Of a stretch of DNA of 64,000 nt, positions 61,609 through 64,000 are shown in pieces. Position 1 is the stretch's first letter. Each line of letters begins with the position of its first letter. Below the pieces are notes generated by a model. It did not search any database and was not told the origin of the DNA. It was given only the letters and a program-made list of their open reading frames with translations. This stretch comes from Camelus dromedarius (taxonomy: Eukaryota). Made by a program: the position numbers and the translations under genes. Location of the stretch: positions 7,192,001 to 7,256,000 of the forward strand of contig NC_087437.1 in the NCBI RefSeq assembly GCF_036321535.1, given 5' to 3'.

Positions 61609-63599
61609 TTTTAGGTTTAAGGAAACTGAAGCTAAGAGAGACTAACTGACTTGCCCATAGTTAGAGGATTTGATGACATTATTTCTGGTTCCATGTGATC
61701 TACTACGGGATATCTAAACAATTCCAGAAGGCAGGAGACAGCCCAGCATTCGGATTCCTTTCTCAGCATTCCAAACCCCATCTACCGTAACATGAGAATA
61801 CAGAACCCATATTTCTTCCCACACATCAGATTTCACCCCATTGTCCCCCCTCCACCAAAACACACACGTGTGCAGTTTCATCACTGGAAAAGTAAAGCAG
61901 AGTTTGCCTCGTTCAAGCAAAGATGAATTTTCCTTCTGATCACATCCGTCTCAAACCAAGCAATTTCATTAGCACTGTGAGCCCAGACCAGAAGTAGGTG
62001 AAAGGCAATCTAGGGCACTGTCTTTTGCTCTAGGACCAGAACCGGGCCAAGGTTCTCACGGATACTGATCATGGCTCTGGGGCAAGCGGGGTGCACAGAC
62101 AACGGCAGAAACACTGTGACTACGAGAAGACAGAATAAGAGTAGGAAAGTGGGGTATGACTTGATGAACAAGCCACACAAATTCACAGGAAGTAGGCTTC
62201 ATCCGTTCTAGTGTCTGTGGTTTTCTTGAATTCTCTTCAGATCTTATTCTGGGAAAAGAAAGTTATCAGGTCAATAGTGGTAATGTACTCTGTTTTGTTT
62301 TGTTTTGACTCTGTTCTACATGGGCAGAAGGAGGAGAGATACGCACTCAACAATGGGGACTAGAGAAGGAAAGAGATCCTGGAAAGGAATCCCCAATGCA
62401 ATTTGGGGAGGGATGGGAGACCAGAGGAGGAAGGACCAAGTTGTGTCTTCAGAGATGCAAAAAGCAAAACATTTACTAGAGGAGTGCAGACGACTTCCAG
62501 CCACTTTTCTTGGTTGACTGAAAATCGTTCCTTCTCCTCTAATATCACTAATGAAACCACGCGGTGATGTCACTTCTGATCACGCTGTAATCTGAGTTGC
62601 TGATCTTGCGATAACAAGCTTCCTTTTTGCGCATTCACAGCAGAGTGACAGTGGAAAAGACCTTCAGGTTAACTGTGAGTAGGTGGAACTTGTCAAGAAA
62701 AATAACTTCACCACAACAACAACAAATGCCATGAGAGACAGACACGTCTTCGGGAGAGCAGAGGGGAAAAAAGAGCAAAGTCTGAGTACTATTACTCATG
62801 TGAAAGAAGAGTCATTTCTTTAATAGGAAGTAACCCATTCACACAAATGTAACTTTGTGGTCCCTCAGAAGTACGTAAATACTACCAATCCGTCCACCAC
62901 AGATTACCATCAAAATTTCTCGGGAAATGCCTCATTAGAGAGTCTTTAAAGAAAAATATGAGTATGCATCAGTCAAACAATTTCAGAAAGACGTTCAACC
63001 CTATCTACTATCATATTAATTTCCTTCCCTTCCCCAGCTACCACATTTTGCCAAATTTAGTCTGACTTTTGAATTAAGGCCAAACATGAACCTTTTTAAC
63101 CACACTCATCTTTGCAAGAGAAAGCTGTTTCCTGTTTCTAAGAGGAAGGCCTTAAATGGTCTGAAGAAAACTGTTCTCTGGCATTAAATAGTTCTTCCCA
63201 GATATCTTTATTGGATACTGGATGGAATAATTCCATCCCATAAAACTTGACAGAAAATCTTTGGGGAAAATGGGTTCAGGATTTTTAAAGCCTAGACATT
63301 AGAAGATAATTTAACAGAGATGGATGTTCTCAAAACCACCCACATAACTTGGGTGTTCACCCTTCTCTCTCTCACGCTCTAGCCGTGGTACTGTGAACCC
63401 CATGTGCCTCCCACTAAGAGATCGCCAGTGCTCACATCAGGGTTTCCAGCAGACATTGCATCAGAAAGATCCACATGTGATGTATTTTGAATTGTGAACG
63501 AGTTTCTTCTCTCTGGTCCACTGAGGTTGATCTCCATCAGTTGTTGGCCTGCTGAAGACGAGGTGGCTTGGTTGTGGTTTTAGTTTACTGTGTTTTTCC

Positions 63600-63765
63600 A
63601 GGTTGGAGTTCCTGGTCCACCACCTCATAGACCACCCCCCATCCCCAGCTAAGCTTGTTAAAAACTATGTCTCTGTCCAACCCCAGGCCTATAAATCAGA
63701 ACCTCTTCGCAAGTGGGATTCTGAAATTGATATTTTTAACCTATTTCTTAAATGACTCTTGTCTG
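63600..63765. mobile_element. MER5-like MITE remnant
   Basis: GCTTGTTAAAAA...CCCCAGGCCTATAAATCAGAACCTC...TATTTTTAAC. Confidence 0.55.
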
Positions 63766-63785
63766 TTTAGTAGATTGTGTAAATC

Positions 63786-63992
63786 TGCAGATACTAACTA
63801 CTATATATAAAATAGATAAACAAGTTTATACTGTAGAGCACAGGGAAGTATGTTCAATATCTCATAGTAACCTATAATGAAAAAGAATATGAAAATAAAT
63901 ATATGTATGTATGTGCATGACTGAACTATTATGCTGTACACCAGAAACTGACACAACATTGTAAACTGACTATACTTCAATTAAAAAAAAAA
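63786..63992 (+). mobile_element. Camelid-type L1 3' end
   Basis: TGCAGATACTAACTACTATATATAAAATAGATAAACAAG...GACACAACATTGTAAACTGACTATACTTCAATT plus poly(A). Confidence 0.92.
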
Positions 63993-64000
63993 GATTTAAA

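Noticed and set aside
1..64000. CRISPR arrays, operons, defence systems or other prokaryotic-type systems
   Set aside because: The sequence is mammalian; there are no regularly spaced repeat-spacer arrays and no dense ORF clusters.

Overview
Mammalian non-coding genomic DNA, most likely from a camelid (alpaca, llama or camel). The species call rests on three tRNA-Ala-derived vic-1-type SINEs and several lineage-specific L1 3' ends. I see no protein-coding gene, processed pseudogene, true RNA gene or CpG-island promoter, and the supplied ORFs look like chance or repeat-derived frames. A large share of the window is interspersed repeat: young camelid L1 3' fragments and SINEs, old L1M/L2/MIR, MaLR/ERVL/ERV1 solo LTRs, and hAT MITEs. 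Between these lie several repeat-free islands rich in homeodomain-type motifs, some also CpG-retaining, which look like conserved enhancers in a gene desert or very large intron. That reading is inference and needs alignment to confirm. The best-supported observations are a twin-primed (5'-inverted) L1 with target-site duplication nested in an older L1, a complete MER41-like solo LTR with an eroded STAT/GAS site, a plus-strand G:U hairpin cluster at about 6.5-7.0 kb, and an 18-bp palindrome of two K50-homeodomain sites. I found no convincing novel biological system. Repeat family names come from recalled consensus sequences, not a database search, and repeat boundaries are approximate.
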